A stretch of 64,000 nt of DNA from assembly GCF_009914755.1 (NCBI RefSeq), contig NC_060947.1, one strand, 5' to 3'. Every line of letters begins with the position of its first letter. The stretch's first letter is position 1. Of this stretch, positions 31,478 to 50,952 are shown one piece after another. The DNA comes from the human T2T-CHM13v2.0 reference genome, Homo sapiens. The position numbers and the translations under genes are program-made. Under the pieces are notes generated by a model. That model was not told the origin of the DNA. It did not search any database and worked only from the letters and a program-made list of their open reading frames with translations.

Positions 31478-33362
31478 TATATCAGTCCATTTTCTTTTTT
31501 TTTTTTTGCAAAGTAGGTCAGTAGATTTAATGTATTATAGTATGAAAAAGTCATTAATATGATTATAGAAATTTATCATTTAGTGAGTTTTGATCTAGAA
31601 CAAAAGAAAATATCTACACTTATCTGAAAAGGCTATTAAAAGATTCCCTTTCCAACCATATATCTGTATGAAGCTAGATTTTCTTTTTTTTTCTATTTTT
31701 TTTTATTATACTTTAAGTTTTAGGGTACATGTGCACAACGTGCAGGTTAGTTACGTATGTATACATGTGCCATGTTGGTGTGCTGCACCCAGTAACTTGG
31801 CATTTAGCATTAGGTATATCTCCTAATGCTATCCCTCCCCCCTCCCCCCACCCCACAACAGGCCCCCGGTGTGTGATGTTCCCCTTCCTGTGTCCATGTG
31901 TTCTCATTGTTCAATTCCCGCCTATGAGTGCGAACATGCGGTGTATGGTTTTTTTGTCCATTTTCACACTGCTGTAAATAAATACCTAAAACTGGGTAAT
32001 TGTAAATAAAAGAGATTTAATTGGCTCACAGCTTTGCAGGCTGCACAGAAAGCATGGCTGAGGGATGGGGGTCTCAGGGAGCTTTTACTCATGGCAGAAG
32101 GCAAAATTGGAGCAGGATCTTTATATGGCCAGAGCAGGAAGAAGGGGTAGCGGTAAGTGCTACACACTTTTAAACAAGCAGATCTTATGAGGTCCATTTC
32201 AAGTTAACTTTTGTATATGTTGTAAGACAATAGTCTAATTTCATTATTTTGCATATAGATGTCCAGTGTTCCCAGCACTATTTATTAAAGAGACTTTCCT
32301 TTCCCCCGTTGTACAAACAAGGGTTTCCTTTTCTCCTCACCCTCACCATCACTTGTTCTCTCAGGTTTTTGATAATTGCCATCCTAACAGGTATGATTTT
32401 GATTTGCATTTCCCTGATGGTAAATAATGTTAAGCATCTTTTCACATACCTGTTGGCCATTGCATGTTTTATTTGGGAAAATTTCCATTTGAATCCTTTA
32501 CTCATTTTTAATTGGGTTATTTGGTGCTTTTCTTGTATTTTGGGGGATTTCTTTTGCCACTTCATTCCCTATATATTTTAAATATTAACCTTTCATCAAA
32601 TATAAGGTTTGGAACTATTTTCTCCCAGATACCCTAAATTATTACTGTCAAGTTCAAAGTTCCACAGATTCGTAAGGCAGGGACACAATGCCTCCAAGTT
32701 CTTTGCTAAAGCATAACAAAAGTGACCTTTGCTACCATTCCTAGTAAGTTCCTTAATTCCCTCTGATACCTCCTCAGTCTGGACTTCGTTGTTCATATCA
32801 CTATCAGCATTTTGCTCACAACAATTTAACGAGTCTCTAGCAAGTTCAAAAATTTCCCTCAACTTTCTGTCTTTTTCTGAGTGCTCCATGCTCTTCTAAC
32901 CTCTGCCCCTTACCCAATTCCAAAGTTGCTCCCACATTTTTGGATATCTTTATAGCAATGCCCCACTCATCGGTACCAATTTGCTGTATTAGGCCATTCT
33001 TGCACTTCTATAAATAAGTACCTGAAACTGGGTAATTTATAAAGACAATAAGTTTAATTGGCTCACAGTTCCACGGGCTGTACAGGAAGCATGGGAGCTT
33101 TTATTCATGGCAGAATGCAAAGTCTGAGTGAGCATCTTCACATAGCGGGAGCAGGTGGAAGAGAGAGAGTCAGAGGTGCTACACGCTTTTAAACAACCAG
33201 ATCTCGTGAGAACTTATCACAAGAACAGCACTAGGGGGACGGTGTTAAACCATTAGAAACCACCCCCATGATCCAATCACCTCCCACCAGGCCCCACCTC
33301 CAGAATTGGGGATTACATTTCAACATGAGATTTGGGTAGGAGCGCAGATCCAAACCATATCA
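31478..33362 (-). mobile_element. Internally deleted MST (MaLR) provirus: full LTR 32987-33362, internal 32627-32986, partial LTR 31478-32190
   Basis: Two related LTR copies, MST-int-like sequence, TSD CATAG/CATGG. Confidence 0.8.
31495..31955 (-). mobile_element. Short L1PA 3' end (31684-31955) with ~175-bp 3' transduction and second poly-A
   Basis: TSD GTCCATTTTC at 31485-31494 and 31956-31965 encloses L1 3'UTR, non-L1 DNA and T13. Confidence 0.85.
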
Positions 33363-36300
33363 CATGGGTATTCATAGATATCTCAGACCACACTTTCAGT
33401 GCAGAAATCATCTTACAACAAATATTTACTGAGCAAATACTTTGTGTCAGACATTGTTTTAGGTTGTAATGATACGTTGGCAAATAATATGGACAAAAAT
33501 CACTACCATTTTGGACTTACGTATTAGAGAAAGAAAAAGAGTAGGGTGAGAGATGTCGGGAGTGTTGAGAAGAGGGAGTATAAAGTGGGGGGACTACAGT
33601 GTAGGCATCACTGATGAGGTTGCCTTTAAGTAAAACTTGAAGGTATGAACTGTGGAAAAGAACCTCTATGCATAGCAAAAAAACAAGCGAAAAACCCAAA
33701 GGTGAGAAAATACCTGGCTTGTTCAGAAATGGCAGTACTGAATTAAATCTTTAAATTAAGTATTTTAATGAATCTCCTCATACAATACATGAAAAATAAA
33801 GACTGACTGCAGATTTGGTCATACAGGAAATTTGTTTACATTTATCTTATTAATAATTACTGAAACGAAGTGGGGAGAGTGGGCTGAGGGTATGACAGTT
33901 ATGTTCATATATGAATCTTGTTAGAATAATTGGGTATGGGGAATTCAACATAAAAAATAATTAATAGGGATTGCACAACAGAGAAATTAGCAAACAAATG
34001 AATTAAAATTAAAAAGTCCCACTTCATAATAATTATTTTTGATGGAGAAAAATGCAAGATGCAGGTTTTCATTCTTTGATCAAAGACTTAGTCAAGACAG
34101 TAATCCACAAAAAAAGAGATTGTCAGGAATTCTCGTAAATGAAACTCATTTCCCATATATGTGCATTATCTCTCCAAATATCATAAGTCTACTTTTTCTT
34201 TATATTAGTATGAATACATAGAAAACAGATACTTAAAGGTTACTAGCGTTTGCAGGAATTCTAAATTTCATAGCCAAATGTATATTTGACTGGGTTTGAG
34301 GTTGAAAAATAACTAGGATGCATTTTTAAATTGTTATTTCTTTACATGCCTAGATCGTGATACATTGAAGGTTTTAAAAGTTATTGGATTTTTCCAAGAA
34401 ATTCTCAAATCATTTCCCTAGGAAGAAATTGCTCAATGTGATTGTCCCTCATTATGTAAATTGTACTCATTGGGAATTTCACATACACACATTTTTCTCT
34501 TTAGATAGAGCTGTTGAATTTCTTAGGCAGCAAAGACATGCTGAATTAGCCAGAATAAAGGAGATTTGGAAGATGTACCACACATACAAAGCAATATTAA
34601 GTTAAAATTAACAAAATTAGTTTGAAAGTTCAATGAAGTGAAATCATTTGTAATTATCAAATAAAACCTAATGCACTTTAATGTTTCATTGGGTCCTATA
34701 TGATGATTTACTTTTGTATACATTAACATTGTATCTTGCAATTAAATTCATATGGCTGCTCAGGTTCTCAGCTCGTTCTCTGGGGTTTCAGTCAATATGT
34801 CTAATTCAATGTTGATTTCATTTTTGTGTTAATTGAAGGATTTTTCTGATTCTGATAGTTTCTCTAATCCTTAAAATTCAGTTTAAATAATTTTGCAGTT
34901 ATATAATTTTGATCTCCTACATAAATCGACAGAACTTTAAATATTATTCAAAGTAATAATAGTAAATTGGTGGTATCAATCAGAATATATACTCTGAAGA
35001 AGCCAGTGAGGAAATTAAACATAATCATAGTTCAAATCTTATGGCAATTGAATGGTATTTATTTAAAAAAATAAAATCTGACTAAATACAGTTTTAGCTA
35101 TGATTTGCACAATTTAAATTGGAATTAAAGTTTCCTGTTTCATTAAAACTGTATTAAAAAGCAAGCCATTAAATAATCAAAATTATCATGATATGCAAAT
35201 GGGTTGATGCTTTGAGAATTATAGCAGCAAAAGTAACAGTGTTTTGTATATATTAATATAAGCAAAAAAATTTAATAAGGGACCTTGGGCTGATGACCTA
35301 ATTAATGTAATGTGGCCATGTTGCATATACACAATCTATTCCAATTTATAAATTTAACCTAATTGGAAAAACTAGAGATATATTTATCTTGGTGAGGTCA
35401 CAATATAGACTGTGAAAATTGAAATCAATCCTGATTTTTTACTGACTGATTAAATAACAAGCTAGTAACAAAATGCGTACCTTGCTAAAATTATCTTTTT
35501 GAGAAGTTAACTGATCCCTGGGAAAGCAGGTATTGGGGTACCTTAGAAGGCGTACCCTTCCAGGATAGTCACATGACTGCCAAGGTCAGAGCTGTGGGGT
35601 AGGCTGAACATGCATGGCCTATAAGAGTGCACTTGTCATTTACAAGGATTTAATGTTCAAGCTTGTACTAATCAAGAATACACACATTCAAAGTGGAGCG
35701 CATATTATTGTTCGAGATATCTTCAATAATTACATAGTGTTGAATTTTTGATGGTAGAAATTTTCACCATTTCAGGTAAATTTGTAAATTGTCTTTTATC
35801 TGATTGGATATGATGTGTATAATCAGTTGGAATGTATGTGTGTTTTAAAGACAGGTGGACTTGGTTGAATTCCTAACACAGTTCTTTCATTTGTTAGCCA
35901 TGGAACCTTGAATGAACTTAAGCTGCTGAGTTTCAGATTTCCTATCTGTGCAATTAGAATAATAAGAATACCTACCTCGGTTTAAAGGAGATACTGCATG
36001 TAAAGTGTTTAATGGAAAGCTAGCATCTGTAAGGTGCTCAAAAATGTTAGCACTCTCATTGAATTTACTGGAATGTCTTTTGCCACTAGGCAACTTGACT
36101 GCACCCTTTACATTCTTCTCTGCATCACTAGGGAACTGCCTTTCCCAGGGTCCTTTGCCTCCATGATTTTTCACTGCTGTCTTTCTTTGAGCCATTCACA
36201 TGAGATTTGGAAGTTGGACAAGAAAGATAAGGCATTATTCTCAGGTGGCATCTTTGGGCAGAGGCTTGGATACTGGCCGCCTGCAGATCATTTTCTTGAG

Positions 36301-37279
36301 AGTTGAAGGCGGCTGAAGGTACTGGTGGCAAGCTTTCTGTAATCCCTATTCTTCCAAATTTCCTGAAAATTAGCCATGGCTCTCAATGACATTCCCCCTC
36401 AGGCTTCCAGTAATTATATAAGCTTATAATTATCTGCGTGAAAGCTCCTTTTACTCAGAATACCTAGGGTGTCAACTGTTTTCATAACTCTGGCAGATAC
36501 TTTGAAGATACTATTGTCCTTCTAAGTTGTCGCTCCTGATCAATAGTTTACCTCTCTGTTGCATTTGATGTTGATATGTGGCTTCCTTAACATTTCTTTC
36601 ACTTGCTCGTAGCCAATTTTTAGAATGATTTTATGTGGGTCCCCTTTTCTTCAACATCTTCTCAATACTGGTGCATCTGAGAGTTCCATTTATGGCCCTC
36701 TTTTACTATACACATTATCCCTATATTGATACCTACTTCCTCTTTATCTCAAGAAGTTACATCTCTAGCCTCAAAACTTTGAATAAATGAATAATGAAGT
36801 AAAAAAGAAAATTGAATGGGGAAAGAAAAAGTGTACCCTTAATATACATGGTATTTTAATGGAGTGTATTTATTCCACCTACAGAAAGGTGGAAGAAGGA
36901 GGAAGCACAGAGGCACCGTGCTTAGAGAAAACATCAGACTTATAAAATCATTCTAAACATATTTAGGATGTACAATTTACTCCAAGTATTTCTAATGATG
37001 AGGAATATAATAGAGGAGATGCTGCTTTTAGTAAACTAGGAAGAAATTTAAACTTTAAGAAATCCTGGAAGAATATATTTTTTAACTTGATGCTCTTTTT
37101 GAGGATTAATAAAAGATAATAATGACAAGTGAACGTGAACAAAATAGGCATGAGAGAAAAGTAACATTTATTATACTGAACAAATTAGAACTCTTTTCGG
37201 AAATGATCTATGATCAAGTCAGGGAGAGATTTTCAAGCTGGGATATGAGAATCTAGGGTTCCTAGTATGTGCCCTAGTG

Positions 37280-37861
37280 AGACAGGCAGAGTTCTATAAT
37301 GCCTGCCAAGATTTTCATCCCCCCATGTAATGCCCCGCGTAATCCTTAAAACTGTCTATGGTGATTTGCCTTTCCTCTTATTTAGGTTATGTTATATGGA
37401 ACAATAAATTTTAAGAATGTGAGGTTATTTAGAAAGACTGATTTAAACACTTGAGCCCTTTAAATCTGGGTCTTAGAAATCACAGGGCGAGAGATGTCAG
37501 AGAGACCCCTCTTGCTCTCCTGGAATAAAGCACAGTATTATTCTTAAGTCTCAACTCTATACGTTGAGAGTGGCCTCTGGCTGACAGCCAGCAAGAATAT
37601 AGGGATGTAAGTCCTACGGTCACAAGGAACTCAATTTTTCCAATGAGCTGAATAAACTTGGAAGTCGATTCTCCTTTAGAGCATCCAGAAAGTAAAACAG
37701 CCCTGCTAGTATCTTGATTTCAGCCATGTAAACCCGAGCAGAGAACACAGAGACACTGTGCTTAGAGTTCTGGCACACAGAACTGTTAACTAATACAGGG
37801 GTGTTGTTTGAAACCACTACGTTTGTGGCAATTACATATACATCAATTTATAGTTAATACA
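37280..37861 (+). mobile_element. MLT1 (MaLR) LTR
   Basis: MLT1D/E-like motifs (CACAAGGAACTCAATT, CCACTACGTTTGTGG...TAATACA). Confidence 0.7.
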
Positions 37862-38717
37862 TCTAGGAACCTCTGTATTGGCAGGATCAGCAATCCAGAC
37901 CCTCAGGATACTTCAACTCCGGCAGTTCCATTTCCATATTTTATGTTGTGCATCATAATTTATTAAAGTAGTACATTATTGTGGCACTCCTATATATTGG
38001 ATTTACGTTTCAATCAAGTTTCCTCAGTAATGTAGGCAGAAACAGCTTGAAGCCCTGATTCTTTTCTTATATAAAACCCTGAACCATTTGCAGAACTTTT
38101 GCTGGAGAAAAGGGAGGACACCAGAGAATGATACTGAAAGTACCGTGGATGAAAGGACAGATTCTCAAAAGTTGGTAAAAAGCACAAAGATCTGTCCTGC
38201 TTGCAGTGAAACCTTGGTTCAGAATCCTAGAAGCACCCTAGATATATGGCAAGCTATAGCGAATAATGTCTGCATGGTGCACTTATGGAGGTTCACGTTA
38301 TTTCCACCAATATCTATGCTTTGACCATGGAGTCAAGTAGCATGGAAGTCAGGACGGAAGGGACCCTGTACACAGTATTAATGGAGGTTTTGGTGGGAAC
38401 AGGTCAACACAGATGACATATGAACAATGGGGCCCAATTGTTTCAAGCCACCACCTTGTTTTGCTTGTACATATGATTCTAGAAAAGGAGAGGGATAAGC
38501 TTCAGAATTACTCAGAAAACACTTGCCAACAATTGGAGTTATAGACATTTTGATTTGGAAGGTGGTTGGAAGACAGTAATGTGGTATTTCCTACCTACCT
38601 ATGGTCTTACACTGTATTTCATAACTTACATCAAATTGGGATTTGATGTAAGATTTCACTTGAATTAAAAAAGTGTTGACAAGCTACCACCTGACCCATC
38701 ACCTGTTGCTATAAATA

Positions 38718-41700
38718 CAGTCATTCGTCGCTTAGCAAACGGGATACATTCTGAGAAATGTGAGGTTAGGCGAGTTTGCTATTGTGCAAACATCATAGAG
38801 TATACTTACACACACCTACATGGTATAGCCTACTATACACTTAGGTTCGATGGTATAGCCTATTGCTTCTAGGCTATAAACCTGTACAGCATATCGCTGC
38901 ACTGAATACTGTAGGCTATTGGAACACAGTGAGAAATATTTGTGTATGTAAACATTTATAAACACAAAAAGGTAAAGTAAAAATGCAGTGTAATAGATAA
39001 AAATGGTACACCTGTAGAAGGTACTTACCATGAGTGAAGCTTGCAGGACAAGAAGTTGCCCTGTGCGTGTGAGTCAGTGAGTGAGTGGTGAGTGAACGTG
39101 AATGGGAAGGCCTAGGACATTCTACTACTGTAGACTTTATGAACACCATACACTTAAGCTGCGCTACATTCACAAAAAAGTATTTTTCCTTCTACGATAA
39201 TAAATCAACCTTAGATTACTGTAACTGTTTTACTTTATAAACTCGTTGACTCTTTTGCAATAACACTTAGCTAAAAACAGAAGCACATTTTACAGTTGTA
39301 CAAAATGTTGTCTTTCTTTATGTCCTTATTCTATATTCTCTATTTTTATTTTTTACTTTTTAAACTGTTTTGTTGAAAACTAAACACACATATTAGCTTC
39401 GGCCTATGCCAGGTTAGGGTCATCTATACCACTATTTTCTACCTCCACATTTTGTCCCACTGGAAGGTCCTCAGGGGCAATAACAGGCATGGAGCTGTCA
39501 TCTCCTATGATAACAATGTCTTCTTCTGGAATACCTCCTGAAGCTCTTCTTAAGGAGATGACATTCTTTTCAGAAATATATGTCCATGGTGGTTTGCTTG
39601 ATTTATTTTACTTGTTTTCATAGAGTTGTTTGTAAGCAGATAATGCAGCATGAGGATTCCTCTTTATTAAATGAAAACCTTTCAGTGTTGGGGTCCATGT
39701 TTTTAAACTCTTTAAGGAGCTTATTGAGGCCTGCAAAGTCTTTTGCCAAACCCTTTTCTATGAATTTTCTTGGGGGCTATTTTCCTTCTCCTGCAGTCTC
39801 CTTTTCTCTTGCCTCTTCTTCAACTATGCATTTCTTTTCCCATTCTACAACTCCTCATTACTCAATTTCTCAGGCACCACCTCTAGGCGCTACTCAATGT
39901 CTCATTCGTCCACATCCAGGTTAAAGCTGTTTGTCATCTCAACCACGGCCTTGTCAATTGTTACAACCTCCTCATCCTTGACAAATTATTTGAAGTCATT
40001 AATGAGCTTCTTGAGTGTCTTCGTCCAGATGCCATTTCTACATTCCTTGCTGACATCTCTTCAATTCCAAGCAAGGTTTTTGATACATCTTGGATGTTAT
40101 AATCCTTCCAGAATTGCATGAGTGTCTTCCTCAGTTGCAGTGATAGCCTGGGTGTAGGTCCTTCTCTGGTAGTAGTCCTTTAAAAACTGCTGAAATTCCT
40201 TGATGCATTGGATCAAAGAGGTGGTGTTTAGAGAGACAATCAGCACTTTGATGTTGGGATGAAGATGATCAGTAAAAGGAAGATGTGCAGGAGCATTATC
40301 AACAACAAGCAAAATCTTGAAAGGTATGTTATTCTCCTAACAGTACATTTTTCTCTGGCACAGCAACTCATGAGGGCTTCCTGGAAGAGGAGATGCATAA
40401 TCTGTGACTTCTTATTGCTCCTGTAGTACACTGGCCATGTGTGCTTATTGGTATGCTTGAATGCCCTGGGTTTCTCACTGTGTCAGATCACAAAGGGTTT
40501 CATTTTGTAGCCTGCAACATTGCCCCAAAGCAAGACTGTATCCTGTCCTTAAAACCCTTAAAACTTGGCATTGACTTGACCCCTTTATGACAGAAAGTCC
40601 TTTCAGGCATCTATTTCCAGAATAGGGAGGTTTCATCTACATTGAAGATTTGCTCTAGCAAGTATTTTTTATCTACGACTCATCTAGAGTTTCCAAAAAT
40701 TCTTCAGCTGCCTTCATGTCAGCCCTCAAAGACTCACCAGTCACTTTTATATTATGTAATGGATAAAGATTCTTGAATTATTTAAACTACCCAGAAATAC
40801 CAGTACATTCAATATTACAGTTGGATCCAGGCTTTTCTTTCAACATTATAAATAACCCTTTTGCTTTAACTGTAGTCTTTATGGTGCTGAGAGAGCTATG
40901 TTTCTGTGTCTGGTTTTCAATCCAGGTCATTAGAAGTTTCTTCATATCTGATGTAGGCATTTCTCAAACTTGTTGGTCTCGTCACCTTCGATGAAGCAGA
41001 CACTTTAACAATTTCTGTCACTTTGTTCTTGTTCTTCAAGGTTGTAGCTACGGTGGAATGGGACATACCTGTCTGGCCAGCAATAACCATCACTGATTTT
41101 GTACCTTTGGAGGTCCTTAATCACTTTACATTTTGTTATCGACGTGACCTCTTACCACATTAACTGTGGATTTTGAATGCTTAGGAACCGTGATAAACAA
41201 AACACTTGAGAATCAAGGACCAACGAAAATGATGCAATCAAGAGACACAGTAAAGACAAGGCTGTCTGTGGCTGCTGCCGGTTTAACACGGCATACTATT
41301 TTACAGTAAATATTCTTTTATAGGTACAAGGAGTACACTCTAAAATAACAAATAAACGTATAGTAAATACGTAAGCCAGTAACATAGTCATTTATTATCA
41401 TTATCAAGTATTAGGTACTGTACATAATTGTATGTGCTATACATTTATGCAACTGGCAGTGCAGTTTTGTTTACACCAGTGAAGCAGCTTTGTTGTCGAG
41501 GGTAAATACTAAGGTTCTTGTTCTCACGGCCAAGGAGATGGAGGTTGCAGACACACACACACACACAAACACACACGCACACACACACACACACACAGCA
41601 AGCTTGGAGCAGGAGTTTAATAGGCAAAAGGAAAGAACAGCTCTCTGTCACAGAGAGGGGTCCCTAGCGGGTTGTCAGGCGGTAGTAAAAATGTCAGGGT

Positions 41701-42477
41701 TTTTATAAATGGGCTAGAGAGGAGGGGGCTAGTGAGGAGGGGATGTCTTATCCTCCGAGGGCCCAACAGTTTAGTTGGGACCGGGTGTGCTATCTGTATA
41801 GAGAAGAGGTGTTCGTTTGTTTGTTGTTTGTTTGTTTGTTTGTTTGTTTTTAATCAGCTCTCACCCCATTCCCTGACCACATAGGCAGAATCTTAGTCTG
41901 TGCGGCTCTGTTCTGCTTTGTGTCACTTATCTGGGAGGGAGAGTTTCTGTTCCCAGACATCTTCTTGCAGCTACAGGCATCCCCCCGGCCCCCAACGTCC
42001 ACTTCTAGCTTCTCTATCTTAGTGTGCCTAAAGAAAGAAATGTGCTTATTAAGGCCCACTGTTTCTACTGGGGCCCCTTGTTTGAGTGTGAAGTTTGGTG
42101 GTTATCCAGGAGACTGCCCCTCTCCTTCTGTGCTAGAGTGCTGGCTTATCTGTGATTTACAGCCTGATCTTTCAGGCTGCCCTTTGTTAGAAGAGAAGTG
42201 ATTTCTTTGAACTGCATGAGGTTAGAACGGGAACTATTTCTGAGCTGCTTTTTCTTAGAAGGAAAGTTTTCTGCCAGGGACTCGCTTTACTCTGTGTACC
42301 TGAATAAATTCTTTCTATTTCCTGTAACACTAGTATCACCAGGAACATGTTAGTAATTCATTAAGCTACAATGTCACTAGGTGGTAGGAATTTTTCAGCT
42401 TCATTTCAATCTTATGTGACCACCATTGTATATGTGATCTGTTGTTGACAGAAATGTCATTCTATGGCACTCCACTG
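38718..42477. mobile_element. Near full-length Tigger3 (Golem)-like DNA transposon; decayed transposase on minus strand
   Basis: TA+CAGTCAT... left TIR, ...ACTG right end; pogo DDE fragments IFNVDETSLF (~40620-40650) and LVVDNAPAH (ORF 40097..40312). Confidence 0.85.
41480..42329 (-). mobile_element. ERV1 solo LTR (LTR9/MER61-like) inside Tigger3
   Basis: TG...CA ends, TSD CCAG/CTAG, internal (CA)n. Confidence 0.7.
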
Positions 42478-42640
42478 CGAAGTTTTATTGAGCACAGCCA
42501 CGCTCATTAGTTTACATATTGCCTATGGCTATGTTCCTGCTACAGTGGGTGTGCTGGTGGCAACAGATATTGTGTGATTATTAAAGCTGGAAACATTTAA
42601 TGTTTACCCATTACTGGAAAAGTTTGCTGACCTCTGAAGT
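42478..42640 (+). mobile_element. MER58-like hAT element, right part (left part ~38685-38717)
   Basis: AAGTTTTATTGAGCACAGCCACGCTCAT...AAAAGTTTGCTGACCTCTG. Confidence 0.7.
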
Positions 42641-43852
42641 ATAAGATTCTGTGGGTAAAATAAATTTGAGAACTACCAAAGTGAAGGAAACTCAATTATT
42701 GCAAACACGTAACAAAGAACCCACGCACCATTTTGGATGAACCCCAGAGAGACCAATATTTCCAAGTATCTGTTACTGGAAGGTTTCGACCTTGAATTCA
42801 TTTTACCCTTATTCTAATTTTAGGATTAGCCATCATGCCATCCAAATATTATCTTACTTGCATTTATCCACAAGTTGCTGATCTGGGAGGTGTATATAAT
42901 TAAAGCAGGATGGGAACTTAAGTGATAAAGTGTGGATTTTTAATTGCTAGAAGGCAATACAAACTGTTCTTTTTTTGACAGACATTTTAAAAGGACTATG
43001 TACCAATGACTCATTTCTTGTCAAACTTGAGGACATTTGCTTAAAACTATCATTTTGAAATAAATACATATTTCATTCCAAAATGATAATTTCCGAAAAA
43101 CATCATTTAACATTTTGCTTGTCATGCATAAATGGGAAATCAGTCACAACAGGAATTAACTTGAGCATTTTTTTATTCTGAAAAAGTTTCTTCCAAATAT
43201 TTGTTTTCTCTTTTACTAAAGTTTTTACTTAAGTAATGTAAAACCCGTGCCTCTATTTGCTATTGTAGTTACGAATTCTTTCTCTTTTGGGAAAAAGAAA
43301 ACATTGTGTAAGCTAGTCCTGCTCCCCTTGAATGATAATACTTGACTATAGTTAATATTTTACTCTTTTGTGGATAAAACATTTAAAAATTCCTTTTAGT
43401 TTATTAAGAAGATTGTACACATTTCAATTTACTGTTCATATACAGGTATCTACATGCCCCATTAAAAATACATGAGATAGTCCAAGTTAACTTTTACCGA
43501 TATGCTTACATTTTTAATTATGATCTATTAACAACCACATGAAATATTTTAAAGAAAAATATAAGAAATTGCTGTTTACCCAACACCTATCCACCTGAAA
43601 AAATAAAACATTACAAATGTAGTAGAAGAATGTCATGTAGCCTTTTCAAGTCATATTATTTTAAATATGGAATTTGCCACTCATGCATTTTAATAAATAA
43701 TGTATACTATTGTTTTCTTGCATACCTATTGTAGTTTCCATTGCTCTACAACCTTTCCAATATGTGGTATTGTAAAGGCTACTTAAATTTGACCAATAAA
43801 ACATATACGATATGGTCCAGTGTTGTTTAGTTTATAATTCATTGATTACTAG

Positions 43853-48474
<4,622 letters not shown>

Positions 48475-48675
48475 ACAGAGCCCTCAGAAATAACGCCTTT
48501 CATTATTGATTTGGAAAACAGTTTTTATACACTGCAGATGTTAACTTTGTGTGACCCGTGTAGATTGAAAATAATTTTTCCATGTTTGTGGATAGTCTTT
48601 TGACATGCTTTATAGTGTCTTCAGACACACATATATTGTTATTTTAACATAGTGGTTTTTTCTCTATTGCTTATG

Positions 48676-49909
<1,234 letters not shown>

Positions 49910-50729
49910 TTATGATTTTTCATGTTATGTTAAATCCTTCCTTAGCCTGCAATCATAATACTATTTTCTATTTTGTGTTGAAAATATTGAAGCTTTTCTT
50001 TTTCACCTTTTTGCCACCAACCCCAATGTTGAAGAATCCGTCCTTTTCCTACTGATTAGTGATGTCAGTCCCGTCATTATCTGTTAACATTTCCTATGTT
50101 TAGATTGGTTTCTGGGCTTTCTGCTCTTTTTTTTTTTTGGTCTGTTGTCTCATATTCATATTAATATATTAATTAACATGCCCTTATAATAAATGTTTAT
50201 ATTGCTTAGGACAAGCATGCTCACTTTATTTGTCTAATTTAGAACTATCTTAAATTTTCTTGGCTCTTTGTCCTTTGATATAAAGTTTAGAATCAGCTTG
50301 TTAAATTACATAAAAACTTGTTGGAATTATCATTACAATTGCATTGACTTCATAGGTCATTTGGGGAAGAATTAACTTTTCCCCCCAATATTTAGGCTTC
50401 AAATGCATACGTTTTCAATTATTTATGAAGACTTTAATTTGTTTCAGAAAAGTTCATGTTTTTCTTCCTAAGAGCTTTGCATATCGTTTGTTAAATTTAT
50501 TTTTTTATAACACACAGTTTGAAGGCTACTGTAAATGACATATTGTTAATATTACATTTTCTAACTCTTTGTTGCTCACATATAGGAATGTAGTTGATTT
50601 CTTTGTATTATCCAGCAACCTTTACTTAAGATCTTCTTAAGATTTATAATGCCTTTTTGTGCATTGTCACGTGGTTGCTCTCAATCGCCATCCTCCTGCA
50701 AATAAGAAAAAGCTATTTTATTCCTTTCT

Positions 50730-50730
50730 A

Positions 50731-50773
<43 letters not shown>

Positions 50774-50775
50774 AT
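50730..50775. repeat. (TATC)n tetranucleotide microsatellite
   Basis: About 10 direct TATC units. Confidence 0.95.
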
Positions 50776-50952
50776 CTTTTTCAACTCTTATTGACTGACT
50801 AGCCCAAGCTTGATGTTTTAGAGAAGCAGTGAGTGTATCTATCATCACGTCGTTTCTCATTTTGAAAGGAATGCAACTACTATTACATCATTTATTTTAT
50901 TGATCACCATGTAATTTATCACCCATACCAGGACCTTTTATGAAAATGTGTA

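Noticed and set aside
34384-34605. Splice-acceptor-like TTTTTCTCTTTAG followed by protein-like DRAVEFLRQQRHAELARIKE in repeat-poor DNA
   Set aside because: No recognisable homolog, no good donor site, no neighbouring exons
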